Position numbers and translations under genes: made by a program
Notes under the pieces: generated by a model
Database searches by the model: none
What the model was told of the DNA's origin: nothing
The model's input: the letters and a program-made list of their open reading frames with translations, nothing else
Source: Methanocella sp.
GTDB taxonomy: Archaea > Thermoproteota > Bathyarchaeia > Bathyarchaeales > Bathycorpusculaceae
Length of the DNA stretch: 64,000 bases
Assembly: GCA_050261115.1 (NCBI GenBank)
Contig: JBLNCY010000057.1
Location: 1 to 64,000, forward strand
Direction of reading: 5' to 3'
Shown here: positions 18,986-28,506 of the stretch, one piece after another
Layout: every line of letters starts with the position of its first letter
Numbering within the stretch: the first letter of the stretch is position 1

Positions 18986-21223
18986 GTGTGGGTTATATCT
19001 GACTCAGGAAAACGCATAAAGTTCACTGACCGGTTTAACCCCTGCATCTATGTATCTGCAGCCAAACAAGACGACCTAGACCTACTACTGACCAAACTCT
19101 ACAATAACCAAAAGATTGCTTCACTGCGGTTTACCGAAAAGTATGCTCAGCCAACGGACAGCCAAAAGTCAAGGGTGCTAGAGTTAACTGTTAAGGATTG
19201 CCGGCATATTTCCTCCTTGGAGCTGGAGCTGCTCCGTTTGGGTGACTACCTTAGATACGAAGTCTATAACTGTGATGTGCAGAGTGATAGATCTTACTTT
19301 TACAGTCGTGACCTCTTCCCATTGGCGTACTTGGAGGTTAGGGTTAGCAAAGATGGCTTGGAATATACTTTGCTGGATGATGTAAGAAGCACCAGCTATG
19401 CAATTCCAAAGTTGCGTGTGATGCACCTAGATGTGGATGTTGCCAAGAAAGATTTTATCCCCCGCTTTGAGGACCCCATCGATAGAATCCGTTTTCAAAT
19501 CGACGGTCAGGAAGTTGCGATAGACTATGGGGATGAAGCCACCAAACTTCTCCAACTTGCCTATGCAGTAAAAGAGTTAGACCCCGACGTAATCGTAACC
19601 TCCGTAGGCGACTCATACCTCTTCCCATACCTAATACAGCGCGCCAACGCCAACGAAGTCCTCGACCAATTCATACTCAGCCGAGACCACAAACCCTTCA
19701 ACCACAAAACCCCCACAGCGGCGGGTCATACATACTTCTCTTATGGCCACACATTTTACCGCGCCAGCCCGGTACGGTTGTATGGGCGAATACATATCGA
19801 CAAAAGTAACACGTTCATTATGAAAGAGGCAGGGTTTGACGGCTTATTTGAAATTGCCCGCACTTGTCGGGTTCCACTTCATACGGCGGCTCGCTTCTCG
19901 ATCGGCTCGAGTATGTCTTCTATTCAGTTCTATCAAGCTCTAAAAGATGATCGACTGCTGCCCCGTAACAAGAAAACTCCTGAGGTTTTCAAATCCGCAC
20001 TGGACCTCTTAGTCGGCGACCGAGGCGGTTTCATCTTTGAACCCAGAGTGGGCGTTCATGACGCAGTAGGTGAAGTAGACTTCTCCTCCATGTACCCTTC
20101 ACTTATGAAGAAATATAACATTTCAGCAGAAACCATTCTCTGTAACTGCTGCCCCGATTCAGACATACACATCCCAGACTTAAACTATCACATATGCAGA
20201 AAGCATCAGGGCATGGTGCCTAAAACAGTAGAGTTAGCGTTAACTAAACGTTTAACCTACAAACGCCTAAGAGACCAAGCCACCGATGAACGGCAAAAAC
20301 AAATCTATGATCGGCGCCAGACGGCTCTAAAATGGATACTGGTTACCTGTTTTGGCTACTTGGGGTTTAGTAACTCCAAGTTTGGAACCGTTGACGGCCA
20401 TATTGGTGTATGTGCGTTTGCTCGGGAGATCTTTCTAAAATCGACGCATCTTGCAGAAGAGCAGGGCTTTGAAGTGGTGCATGGCATTGTAGATTCGCTG
20501 TGGCTTAAAAAAGACGGCGCAACACATGAGGACTACCAGAAACTATGCCAGTTAATCTCTGATGAGACGGGTATACCAATTAATTTTGAGGGGCAATATA
20601 AGTGGATAATGTTTCTGCCCTCGCGGCTCCACCCCAAGATTGGCGTGTTGAACCGTTACCTAGGCGTTATGGATAGCGGTAAAATTAAGGTTCGCGGTTT
20701 AGAAGTACGGAAACGGGATTCACCCCGCTTTGTGTACAACGCCCAAACTGACATGATAAATGTTCTAGCCAATGCTAACAACGCCAAGGAGCTTTATGGG
20801 CAGATTCCTGAGGCAATTAAGGTTCTTCGAGAGTACCGCCAGCGCCTGCTGAATGGCAAGGTGCCGCTCTCAGAATTAGTGGTTTCAAAGCACATGTCAA
20901 AAGAGCCTAAACGTTACCGCCAACAGGTAAGCCAAGTCATAGTTGCAAAGCAGCTAGCCCCCCATGGTTTCGAAGTGCAGGCGGGAACCAACACCGCGTT
21001 CCTCTACACCAGCCACAGGCATAAGCGTTACGAGCGCAGGGTTAAGGCGGCGCAGTTAATCGAGAAAAACACTAACCCAGATACAAGAAATTATTTGATG
21101 TTGCTCTATGCGTCGGCTGCAAACCTGTTGAGTTTTGCTGGATATACAATAGAAAAAGTGTATGATTCAGTTAGAGGCCAACGGCAAGAATGCATCCTTC
21201 AAAAGTGGGAGAAAAGCGGGTAG
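18986..21223 (+). CDS. polB2: Family B DNA polymerase, PolB2 (Dpo2) group; N-terminus extends upstream of 18986
   Basis: DFSSMYPS, KWILVTCFGYLG, HGIVDS (replacing YGDTDS), degenerate exonuclease motifs; in-frame GWILDAY at 18941. Confidence 0.9.
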   Translation: MWVISDSGKRIKFTDRFNPCIYVSAAKQDDLDLLLTKLYNNQKIASLRFTEKYAQPTDSQKSRVLELTVKDCRHISSLELELLRLGDYLRYEVYNCDVQSDRSYFYSRDLFPLAYLEVRVSKDGLEYTLLDDVRSTSYAIPKLRVMHLDVDVAKKDFIPRFEDPIDRIRFQIDGQEVAIDYGDEATKLLQLAYAVKELDPDVIVTSVGDSYLFPYLIQRANANEVLDQFILSRDHKPFNHKTPTAAGHTYFSYGHTFYRASPVRLYGRIHIDKSNTFIMKEAGFDGLFEIARTCRVPLHTAARFSIGSSMSSIQFYQALKDDRLLPRNKKTPEVFKSALDLLVGDRGGFIFEPRVGVHDAVGEVDFSSMYPSLMKKYNISAETILCNCCPDSDIHIPDLNYHICRKHQGMVPKTVELALTKRLTYKRLRDQATDERQKQIYDRRQTALKWILVTCFGYLGFSNSKFGTVDGHIGVCAFAREIFLKSTHLAEEQGFEVVHGIVDSLWLKKDGATHEDYQKLCQLISDETGIPINFEGQYKWIMFLPSRLHPKIGVLNRYLGVMDSGKIKVRGLEVRKRDSPRFVYNAQTDMINVLANANNAKELYGQIPEAIKVLREYRQRLLNGKVPLSELVVSKHMSKEPKRYRQQVSQVIVAKQLAPHGFEVQAGTNTAFLYTSHRHKRYERRVKAAQLIEKNTNPDTRNYLMLLYASAANLLSFAGYTIEKVYDSVRGQRQECILQKWEKSG

Positions 21224-22447
21224 TTATTCTTTCCAGTGCTGTAGAGCCAGCCGGAGTTCTTTGTGGGTTTTTGCGTAGTCTTCAAGCGTGCTATTCTGAA
21301 GCACCGCATCGACGGCTTGCCGCATGGCTTTAGCGCCATTAACTGTGCCCTCAGGGTGCCCATGAATACCGCCGCCAGCCTGCAACACTACATCGTTACC
21401 AAACGTCTCTATCAAGGCGGGAACAAGTTGGGGATGCAAGCCACCGGACGCCACAGGTAAAACGGGCGCTAAGTCCCCCATCTCCATTTTACAAGCAGCA
21501 ATATTCTCAAGCACCTCATCTTTTGTTTCCGACATTTTCCCAACTACCGTACCCACATGTAGTTGGTCTACACCTATGACTCTGGCTACTTTCGCAATGG
21601 GTTTCATCGCGATGCCATGCAGCGGGTTTTTGGTGAATGCGGCGTGCCCAGCGCGGTGAGCATGAATAACCAGACGTAGATTCTGGTTCCGAAGCGTTTG
21701 CAGCGCTGACCAGCCACAAGTCAGTATGTCAACCATTACGTATTCGCCGCCCTGATCCACCACCATCTGTGCCCGCTCAAGCATCACATCGGTCTCGGCA
21801 GTGATGTTAACCATGTAAACTTTGCGTTCGCCAGTCTCATCTTGGGCTTTGTCGAGGGCGTCTAGGGTGTGGATAAGTCGGTCTTCGAAGGGGTTGAATT
21901 TTTGGCTGCTTAGGTTCTCGTCGTCTTTAACGATGTCGCAACCGCCTAGGCATGCTTCGTAGGCTACTTGGGCGTGGTCTTTGGTGTTTAAGCCAAGTTT
22001 AGGTTTTATGATGGTGCCTACAAGGGGGCGTTTTGGGACTTTTAGAAGTTTGCGGATGCCGTTGATGCCGTATTGGGGACCCTTAAAGCCACTGATTAGG
22101 GCTTTAGGGAACTCTACGTCTAGGAGCCGCAGGTTCTTTAGTGCTTTTAGTCCAAACACGTTTCCGGCGACGCTGGAGAGTATGTTTGGCATGCTGCCCT
22201 GCTCAAAAAGCTCAATGGGGTAGGCGATTTTAATTGTGTTGCCCTCTATGCTGTAGACGTGGGCAGCCAGCTTTTTCACGTAGGATTTCTCGGTGGTGAG
22301 TTCGGTCCAGGTGCCCACAGAGCTTTCTGCTGCTACGCCGCCGGCGGCCTCTTTTAGGCTGATGCCGTCGGGTTCCACGTAGAATGTGCAAAGCAGATCG
22401 GTTTCTTTGGGTTTGTAGGATTGATTAACGAAATCAAGGTACTTCAA
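21224..22447 (-). CDS. rbcL: Form III RubisCO large subunit
   Basis: AESSVGTWT, GTIIKPKLG, GGCDIVKDDE, HAHRA, loop 6 VGKM, SGG, GGGIHGHP. Confidence 0.95.
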   Translation of the reverse strand: MKYLDFVNQSYKPKETDLLCTFYVEPDGISLKEAAGGVAAESSVGTWTELTTEKSYVKKLAAHVYSIEGNTIKIAYPIELFEQGSMPNILSSVAGNVFGLKALKNLRLLDVEFPKALISGFKGPQYGINGIRKLLKVPKRPLVGTIIKPKLGLNTKDHAQVAYEACLGGCDIVKDDENLSSQKFNPFEDRLIHTLDALDKAQDETGERKVYMVNITAETDVMLERAQMVVDQGGEYVMVDILTCGWSALQTLRNQNLRLVIHAHRAGHAAFTKNPLHGIAMKPIAKVARVIGVDQLHVGTVVGKMSETKDEVLENIAACKMEMGDLAPVLPVASGGLHPQLVPALIETFGNDVVLQAGGGIHGHPEGTVNGAKAMRQAVDAVLQNSTLEDYAKTHKELRLALQHWKE

Positions 22448-22528
22448 AGCGCACCCTCCAAAGAATAATCGTGTCTGAAGCTATAAAACCTTTAACTAGC
22501 AAGTTCGCTTATTTTAGATTGATCGGGT

Positions 22529-24076
22529 ATGGAGCTTGTTGTAGAGTTACTAAACATTACCACGGGCGGAAACCGCATAGCCCTCATAAACCAACAAACC
22601 GCAAACGAGCTGGGCGTCCACAGTTCTGACCGTATAAGAATCAGCTATGGCGGCAAAACCATGATAGCCATCGTCAACACCGCAGAGCATTTCCCCGCAG
22701 ATCGCATTGGGCTCTTTGAAGAAACCGAAGCGGTGCTTAAAGGAGTAAAAGACGGCGACACAGTAGAGGTGATGTTGGCGTCTCTGCCTGAATCACTTTT
22801 TAACATTCGAGCAAAGCTGCGCGGCGAACGACTCAGAGATAGAGATATGGTTGCCATCGTGAAGGATGTTGTTGAGCACCATCTAAGTACGGTGGAGATC
22901 GCGGGGTTTCTGACCGCTTTGAGTTTTTACGGTTTAAGCACAGCGGAAACGGAAGCGCTATCAAGAGCCATGATTACAACAGGTCAAACAATAGACTTTG
23001 GACCCGGCCCCATCCTTGACAAGCACAGCGTGGGAGGAATTCCCGGTGACAAAACAAGTATGATGGTGGTTCCCATCGTTGCCGCAGCAGGCTTCACCAT
23101 CCCAAAAACCTCCTCACGCGCCATAACCTCGCCTGCCGGAACAGCCGACCGAGTCGAGACACTTTGCCCAGTCAACCTGAGCATGGAAGAAATCAAAGCA
23201 GTAGTCAAGAAAACCGGGGGCTGCCTAGTCTGGGGCGGCGCCCTAGACCTTGCACCGGCAGATGATCTATTCATACAAGTTGAGTACCCCCTAGGAATTG
23301 ACCCCATGCTTTTACCCTCCATTTTGAGTAAAAAGAAAGCCATGGGCGCAACACATGTCGCCATCGATATACCAACGGGTATGGCAGCGAAGATTAAAAC
23401 AAGGCAAGAGGCCTACTCGCTTGCTTCGGATTTTGTGGATTTAGGTAAACGCTTAGGCATGAACATACAGTGCGCGTTAACCTTCGGTGACCAGCCGCTA
23501 GGCTGCAGCATGGGTCCAGCGTTAGAAGCAAAAGAAGCCCTAGAAACACTCATGGGCAAGGGTTCACCTGATTTACGTGAGAAAGCAGTTAGCCTTGCAG
23601 GTATGCTTTTTGAAATGGCCGGCGTGGAGAACCCGCGGGGTATGGCTGAGGAAATGGTGGATTCAGGTAAAGCCGTACAGAAACTACGTCAAATCATCGC
23701 TGAGCAAGGCGGCAACCCAGACGTTAAACCCGTAGATCTACCTGTCGGGCCTAAGCATGCCTCGGTTCGCTCTGACCGCGCCGGAAAAGTGCTCTGGTTA
23801 AGCACAGAAGACATTGTAAGAATCGCGCGGATGGCGGGTGCACCAAAAGATAAAGGTGCTGGAGTTGTGCTGCGTGCAAAGCTGGGAGAAGCCGTACGCA
23901 AGGACGGCGTACTGTTTGAGGTTTACGCTGAGCGTGCCAGCAAATTAGCCGCGGCACTAGAGTTAGCGAATTCTCTTAAGCCAATCGCGTTAAGCAGAAA
24001 GCCAGAAGAGAAGATGGTGATAGACACTATCCCCGAGAAGGTAACACATGAAAAAGAGTTCGTGATAGACCGATAA
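22529..24076 (+). CDS. deoA: AMP phosphorylase
   Basis: DKHSVGGIPGDKT, KTSSRAITSPAGTAD, N-terminal double-psi-like domain; divergent from rbcL. Confidence 0.92.
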   Translation: MELVVELLNITTGGNRIALINQQTANELGVHSSDRIRISYGGKTMIAIVNTAEHFPADRIGLFEETEAVLKGVKDGDTVEVMLASLPESLFNIRAKLRGERLRDRDMVAIVKDVVEHHLSTVEIAGFLTALSFYGLSTAETEALSRAMITTGQTIDFGPGPILDKHSVGGIPGDKTSMMVVPIVAAAGFTIPKTSSRAITSPAGTADRVETLCPVNLSMEEIKAVVKKTGGCLVWGGALDLAPADDLFIQVEYPLGIDPMLLPSILSKKKAMGATHVAIDIPTGMAAKIKTRQEAYSLASDFVDLGKRLGMNIQCALTFGDQPLGCSMGPALEAKEALETLMGKGSPDLREKAVSLAGMLFEMAGVENPRGMAEEMVDSGKAVQKLRQIIAEQGGNPDVKPVDLPVGPKHASVRSDRAGKVLWLSTEDIVRIARMAGAPKDKGAGVVLRAKLGEAVRKDGVLFEVYAERASKLAAALELANSLKPIALSRKPEEKMVIDTIPEKVTHEKEFVIDR

Positions 24077-24088
24077 GACACGCAAACG

Positions 24089-24454
24089 CTACCCGGTGAT
24101 GGCTCCCCCGATTAAGCCGCCGATAGCTGAAACAATACCTGCAAACAGCGCGAGCAAAATCGCCAGTAAACCAATCCCCAATCCCGCCAAGCCACCGAAT
24201 AAGGCGCCGCCTAAACCTGAAGTGACACCGCCCAAAATCGTCAAGCCGACAAACGCCAAAACAGCAACAATTAGACCTCCGAAAATGCCCGCCAAGAAAC
24301 CCGCAAGCAATCCTCTGCCGGTGCCCCGAGCGATTAAGCCAGCGATAATTCCTCCGATAAAGCCGCCTAGCAAATGACCAATCCCGGGGAAGAAGAAGGC
24401 AATTGCCACAGTAACCAAGAACCCAACGAATGCTCCAAGCCCAATACTAGCCAA
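24089..24454 (-). CDS. Gly-rich small membrane protein (DUF5518-like)
   Basis: PGIGHLLGGFIGG..AG, GxxxG repeats; paralog of the next gene. Confidence 0.75.
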   Translation of the reverse strand: MASIGLGAFVGFLVTVAIAFFFPGIGHLLGGFIGGIIAGLIARGTGRGLLAGFLAGIFGGLIVAVLAFVGLTILGGVTSGLGGALFGGLAGLGIGLLAILLALFAGIVSAIGGLIGGAITG

Positions 24455-24603
24455 AATTTTTCACCATTTATTTACCGAGTGGCTGGTTTGATATTGCTTT
24501 GTTGGTGTATGGCTACAGTAACTGTGCACCAGCTTCTGCGGTTACCGCTTTAAGAAGAAAAGAAACGGAACCTACTTGTTGCCTGTTCCCTTAGAGATGG
24601 AGG

Positions 24604-24969
24604 TTAGTGGCTGATTAGTCCGCCGAAAAATCCTGCGACGGCTGAGGCAACTGTGGCGACGATGCTGACAAGTATGCTAAGAGCAGTGCCCATGATACCC
24701 GCAAGGAAAGCCCCCAGCAGGCCGTAGCCTTCGCCGCCAGCCCATGCAAACCCCGTCAATGCGATGAGCCCTAAGAGCACGGCGCTTAAGATGCCAACTA
24801 CTAAGCCAGCGAAGGCCCCTTTGAGGGCGCCTCTGACTATGAGGCCCGATATTAATCCGCCGAGTAAGCCGCCGCCTATGTGCCCGATGCCGGGGTACAT
24901 AAGGCTAATGACAACTGTTACAACAAACCCTATGAATATGCCAAGTCCAAAGCGACCCATAGCCATCAC
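24604..24969 (-). CDS. Gly-rich small membrane protein (DUF5518-like), tandem paralog
   Basis: PGIGHIGGGLLGG; same length (121 aa) and architecture as 24089..24454. Confidence 0.75.
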   Translation of the reverse strand: MMAMGRFGLGIFIGFVVTVVISLMYPGIGHIGGGLLGGLISGLIVRGALKGAFAGLVVGILSAVLLGLIALTGFAWAGGEGYGLLGAFLAGIMGTALSILVSIVATVASAVAGFFGGLISH

Positions 24970-25014
24970 AACAGTTACTTTCCAAAGGAAAAATAGAGAA
25001 TAAAAAGATTGTTC

Positions 25015-25713
25015 CTATCTTGACCGCTCAGAGCGAACTTTAGGCGCAAGCAGCACCCAGAGCCACTCAGTAAACTCCTGAATGTTCTTGGTCTGAATAT
25101 GCACCTCGCCGGGGCCAGTGATTTGGGTAACTAAGCCCTCGCCGCTTAGCAGAGTTTCTTTCATTCCGCCGATTCGGGTAACCTTGTAGCTGCAGGACTC
25201 GCTAAACCCAACAAGGTGAAAGTTATCCACAATCAACGTTTGGCCAGCTGCTAGACGGTGTGTATCGATGGCGCCGAACGTGTTGATGAACATTTGACCA
25301 CTGCCAGTGGCTCGAATCATAAAAAGCCCGTTACCAAAAAGGCCTTTAGTAAAGCCTTCCCACTTAACATCCAAGTCTATGCCCTGTGTTGAGGCAATGT
25401 AGGCTGATTTCTGGATGATGTACCCGGCTCCCGGTGCGATGTCAAGTTGTTTGATGTCGCCGACAGGGGCAGCTACGAAACCTGCCTCGCCCGGTCCGTT
25501 TGCGGCGACAAAGTCGTTAACCCAAAAGGATTGACCGCCTATGAGGCTTAAGCCTAGGCTGCCCCAGAGACTTCTTTCTCGTTTGCGGGTGTGGACTTCT
25601 ATGTTGGGGGTCATGTATGTCATGGCGCCAGATTCTGCGGTGATTTGTTCGCCTTGGTTTAGTTTGGCGACTAACATGGCGTATGAGGGTTGATATTTGA
25701 TTTCAAAGTTCAT
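25015..25713 (-). CDS. TIGR00266/AIM24 family protein
   Basis: AESGAM, GG.SF..N.F, F.G.GLF, VDNFHLV.F, SGEGLV...TGPG.V.IQT. Confidence 0.9.
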   Translation of the reverse strand: MNFEIKYQPSYAMLVAKLNQGEQITAESGAMTYMTPNIEVHTRKRERSLWGSLGLSLIGGQSFWVNDFVAANGPGEAGFVAAPVGDIKQLDIAPGAGYIIQKSAYIASTQGIDLDVKWEGFTKGLFGNGLFMIRATGSGQMFINTFGAIDTHRLAAGQTLIVDNFHLVGFSESCSYKVTRIGGMKETLLSGEGLVTQITGPGEVHIQTKNIQEFTEWLWVLLAPKVRSERSR

Positions 25714-25796
25714 GTTCTTTCCCAGACTTGTTATTTGCACTATGCGTTTAGTCGTATGCTTGCTTAAAAAATGTTACAACAAAAAAGAAGGGATAA

Positions 25797-26702
25797 TTAG
25801 GTTGGTGGAGGCGGGGGCGGAGGCAGACCTGTGCCAGATCTACGTTTGCGCATTATCACCACTAACACAACCACTACTATCACAACAACAGCGATCGATA
25901 CTGCTAGTAAGGTTAGATCACTAAAGGGTGATTGTGTCGTTGGGGCTATGGTTGGCGTTGAGGTGGGAGCGGGGGTTGCTGTAAGTGCAACTGTTGTTGG
26001 TTCAGGCGTTGCCGTGGCGTCTGTGCTAGGAGTTGGGGTCTCGGTTGGTGCGGGGGTAGGGGTTGGAAATGGGTCAAGCGTGTCGCTCATTGTTACGGTG
26101 TCAAGATAGACGTTACCTGTCGTGTATCCTAGATTTAATAAAGAGCCTAAGTTGATTGCTTTTGCAGCGTAAGGAAGCGCAAGATTAGAACCGGAGTATA
26201 CCAATTTGCTGTCAATCCAAAGCTGACAGGCTCCGTTAGTTGCTCCTGTTTGGATTGTTTCGGTGATACGGTACCATACACCCTGCGTTATCCCTTCGGG
26301 AATGAATACATCCATGGCTGAACCATAGCCCACTAATCGCCAGCCTAAATCGCCTGTGCCATTGCAAGATAGAAATAGACGGGTTATTGGGCTACTGGTT
26401 TGGTCATCGACAATTTCAGTAATTTTAATCATTGCTCCCGCCGTCGCGTTAACGGTATCTATTTGAAAAAAGAAGTCCAGAGTTACGGCACTTGAAGGTG
26501 CAAAGCCATATTGAATGTATGCGGAGTTGTCGATGGGTAGCTGCGCTATGTGGCTTCCGTTTACGCTTGGAGGTGTTGAAACGATAGTGGGGTCACCACT
26601 GGTGAACCAGATTGAGAAGTCGGTTTCAAAGTCCTCCTGCAGTACAACACTGCCCTGTGCGTTAGATAATGTGCCTAATATGGCCGCTATGGCGAGCAAC
26701 AT
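25797..26702 (-). CDS. Secreted/membrane-anchored beta-sandwich protein with PT-rich linker, C-terminal TM and poly-Pro tail
   Basis: Signal-like N-terminus, EDFE, WY.I, QLWID, YLD; PTPTPAPTETP linker; TM followed by RKRR and PPPPPPT. Confidence 0.75.
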   Translation of the reverse strand: MLLAIAAILGTLSNAQGSVVLQEDFETDFSIWFTSGDPTIVSTPPSVNGSHIAQLPIDNSAYIQYGFAPSSAVTLDFFFQIDTVNATAGAMIKITEIVDDQTSSPITRLFLSCNGTGDLGWRLVGYGSAMDVFIPEGITQGVWYRITETIQTGATNGACQLWIDSKLVYSGSNLALPYAAKAINLGSLLNLGYTTGNVYLDTVTMSDTLDPFPTPTPAPTETPTPSTDATATPEPTTVALTATPAPTSTPTIAPTTQSPFSDLTLLAVSIAVVVIVVVVLVVIMRKRRSGTGLPPPPPPPT

Positions 26703-26944
26703 AACTGCGATAAATGTGTTTAATTTTAGTTTATTGTTGACATAATTTTCACTTTAACTACCGGTAACACGCTATCAGGTATGTACTATAAATGTTTTTT
26801 ATCCCCCATTGAACCATTGGTTACACCATCTTACCGATATACCGCCTGATTTACCCGTGGTTATTGCGGTAATTATAATAGACGCCGAATCAAACGATGT
26901 AACGCAAAAAAGAGCAATGGCACAGTTAAGGGCACGGCATCCAC

Positions 26945-27649
26945 ATGGGTCAGGTTTGGGTAATACTAAAGAAAACATTTAGCATGGCACTAATCTTCAA
27001 CGCCTTAATCTCTGTCACCGCCGTTGCGGGTATGCTCTATGGGTTCTACACCTCTGACCCGCCATGGCACCCTTTTGCACCTTTTCTGTTTGATGGCAAC
27101 CTATTCTGGTTGGCGCTTGCAGCAGGGGTTCTATGCATTTTTCCAGCCGCCGCAACAGGCAGATCACTCCATACCGGCAGATTCCTTTTCCATCACTATG
27201 TGTATGGTTTTATTGTTGTTGTGATAACAGCAGTTCTTGTCACGGTATTCACGCCTTACTCAGCAATCAGCATGTTCTTTGTTGACTCCAACGATGTAGG
27301 CGTTAATGCAGCTCGAACCTTCTTTCTGGCTGGATTAGCCCTATTCTTGGACGATATGCCCGATGTTTCTTTACACACCGAGAGGGGCTTAAACTGGTTA
27401 AAAACCAAATGCTGCTACATCAAAAGAACCCTCCACTACGCCACATTGGTCACGGGCATATTTGCAATATACACAGCACTCGCAATGACAGCATACACCA
27501 TCACAGACAACTATTACAGGTGGCTACCTAACTCGTTTGGTATAGGCACCCTAATCATAACAGGCATAATGTGCATCGGGTTCTTTGTAAGAAAAGATTG
27601 GCTTAAGATAACTCCGCCCGAGCCTAAACAGCCTAAGCTTTTTGCTTAG
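26945..27649 (+). CDS. Hypothetical multi-TM membrane protein
   Basis: About 6 TM; LHTGRFLFHHYVYG and LDD motifs. Confidence 0.75.
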   Translation: MGQVWVILKKTFSMALIFNALISVTAVAGMLYGFYTSDPPWHPFAPFLFDGNLFWLALAAGVLCIFPAAATGRSLHTGRFLFHHYVYGFIVVVITAVLVTVFTPYSAISMFFVDSNDVGVNAARTFFLAGLALFLDDMPDVSLHTERGLNWLKTKCCYIKRTLHYATLVTGIFAIYTALAMTAYTITDNYYRWLPNSFGIGTLIITGIMCIGFFVRKDWLKITPPEPKQPKLFA

Positions 27650-28388
27650 TTATCTCTTTACCGATTAACTCTAGCTGGTTTCGGGATAAGCGCTTTGCCC
27701 CTCGGGATTTGAGGTAGTTAGGTAACTGTGGGAGCGTAAGAACAGGCACAGTGGGGTTGTTTAGGTGCAAGATGGCATGCTTGTTGGTTATAACTACGAT
27801 GCCTTCAACCCAGACCCCCAGCGCGCGAAGGTTTGGCGAGTTATCGATTATGTTTCTGATTTTAGCTACGTTACGTTTGACTTGGCTGCTGGGGCTTGAG
27901 ACCATAGTCTGGTTTCTGTCGCGCCGCCATTCATCGCCGTTGCATGTTATGTTGCCGCTCCAGTTCTTTGTCTCCAAGACAAATACGCCATTGGGCGCCA
28001 AGACGACATGGTCGATGTCTCCTCCACCGCCCTGTAGGTAGAGGTCATTTATGAGGTAGTAGTCGTCACTTAGGCTGCTTTGGAGTAGGTCAGCTACCTG
28101 TTTTTCACCCAGCCTGCCGCCGCTAAAAACACGGTACCTGCGCATGTAAATGTAAAAGCCTACCAACAGCCCTATCAACAGAATGAGGCCAGGGAGAAAT
28201 ACGAGTAGACCCTCTGTTGAAAAGATAGAGATTGAAAGAAACAAAAGCCCATACAACAATGCGGCCCCAACCGCTCCACAAGCGATGAGGCATAGCGATG
28301 CTTTGGCAAGGTTTTTCATTGTCTGGTTCTTGAGGTAACTGCTTGACGCTTTAATCCTACGCATACCAGAAGCATTAGCCGCCACCAT
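27633..28388 (-). CDS. Membrane-anchored NERD-domain nuclease-like protein
   Basis: 2 TM then G..GE, DIDHVV..PNGVFVLETKN, SP..Q. Confidence 0.85.
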   Translation of the reverse strand: MVAANASGMRRIKASSSYLKNQTMKNLAKASLCLIACGAVGAALLYGLLFLSISIFSTEGLLVFLPGLILLIGLLVGFYIYMRRYRVFSGGRLGEKQVADLLQSSLSDDYYLINDLYLQGGGGDIDHVVLAPNGVFVLETKNWSGNITCNGDEWRRDRNQTMVSSPSSQVKRNVAKIRNIIDNSPNLRALGVWVEGIVVITNKHAILHLNNPTVPVLTLPQLPNYLKSRGAKRLSRNQLELIGKEITKQKA

Positions 28389-28424
28389 ATATTACACTAT
28401 TCCAAACAAAGCCACATAGTTGGG

Positions 28425-28467
28425 TGTTCCTTTTGGGGAACGGGCTGTTCTTTGGGGAGAGCTATAA
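28425..28467 (+). promoter_or_regulatory. Tandem TGTTC..TTTGGGGA sites upstream of TATA of LamG/radical SAM operon
   Basis: TGTTCCTTTTGGGGAA (28425) and TGTTCTTTGGGGAG (28446), 21 bp apart, then CTATAA. Confidence 0.35.
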
Positions 28468-28506
28468 GCGCGTACCTGTCATCTTGTACACTCAGGTGAC
28501 AAACGA

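Noticed and set aside
17928-21223. PolB-containing block as a casposon or provirus
   Set aside because: No Cas1, integrase, capsid or TIRs; it matches the known chromosomal radA-like/small protein/PolB2 operon
21224-22447. RubisCO-like protein (form IV)
   Set aside because: Catalytic KDDE, loop-6 Lys and HxHRA are intact and AMP phosphorylase is adjacent, so it is form III
25960-26070. Low-complexity G/T repeats
   Set aside because: They encode the Pro/Thr linker of the minus-strand surface protein and are not an independent DNA repeat
26703-26745. GTC 26741 as another non-canonical start restoring a signal-peptide n-region (NNKLK)
   Set aside because: Plausible, but the SD is weak and an out-of-frame ATG is adjacent; too ambiguous to count
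26800-26885. Short palindromes (AACCATTGGTT, TTACCG...CGGTAA) in a divergent promoter
   Set aside because: Short and not repeated elsewhere in the window; compatible with chance
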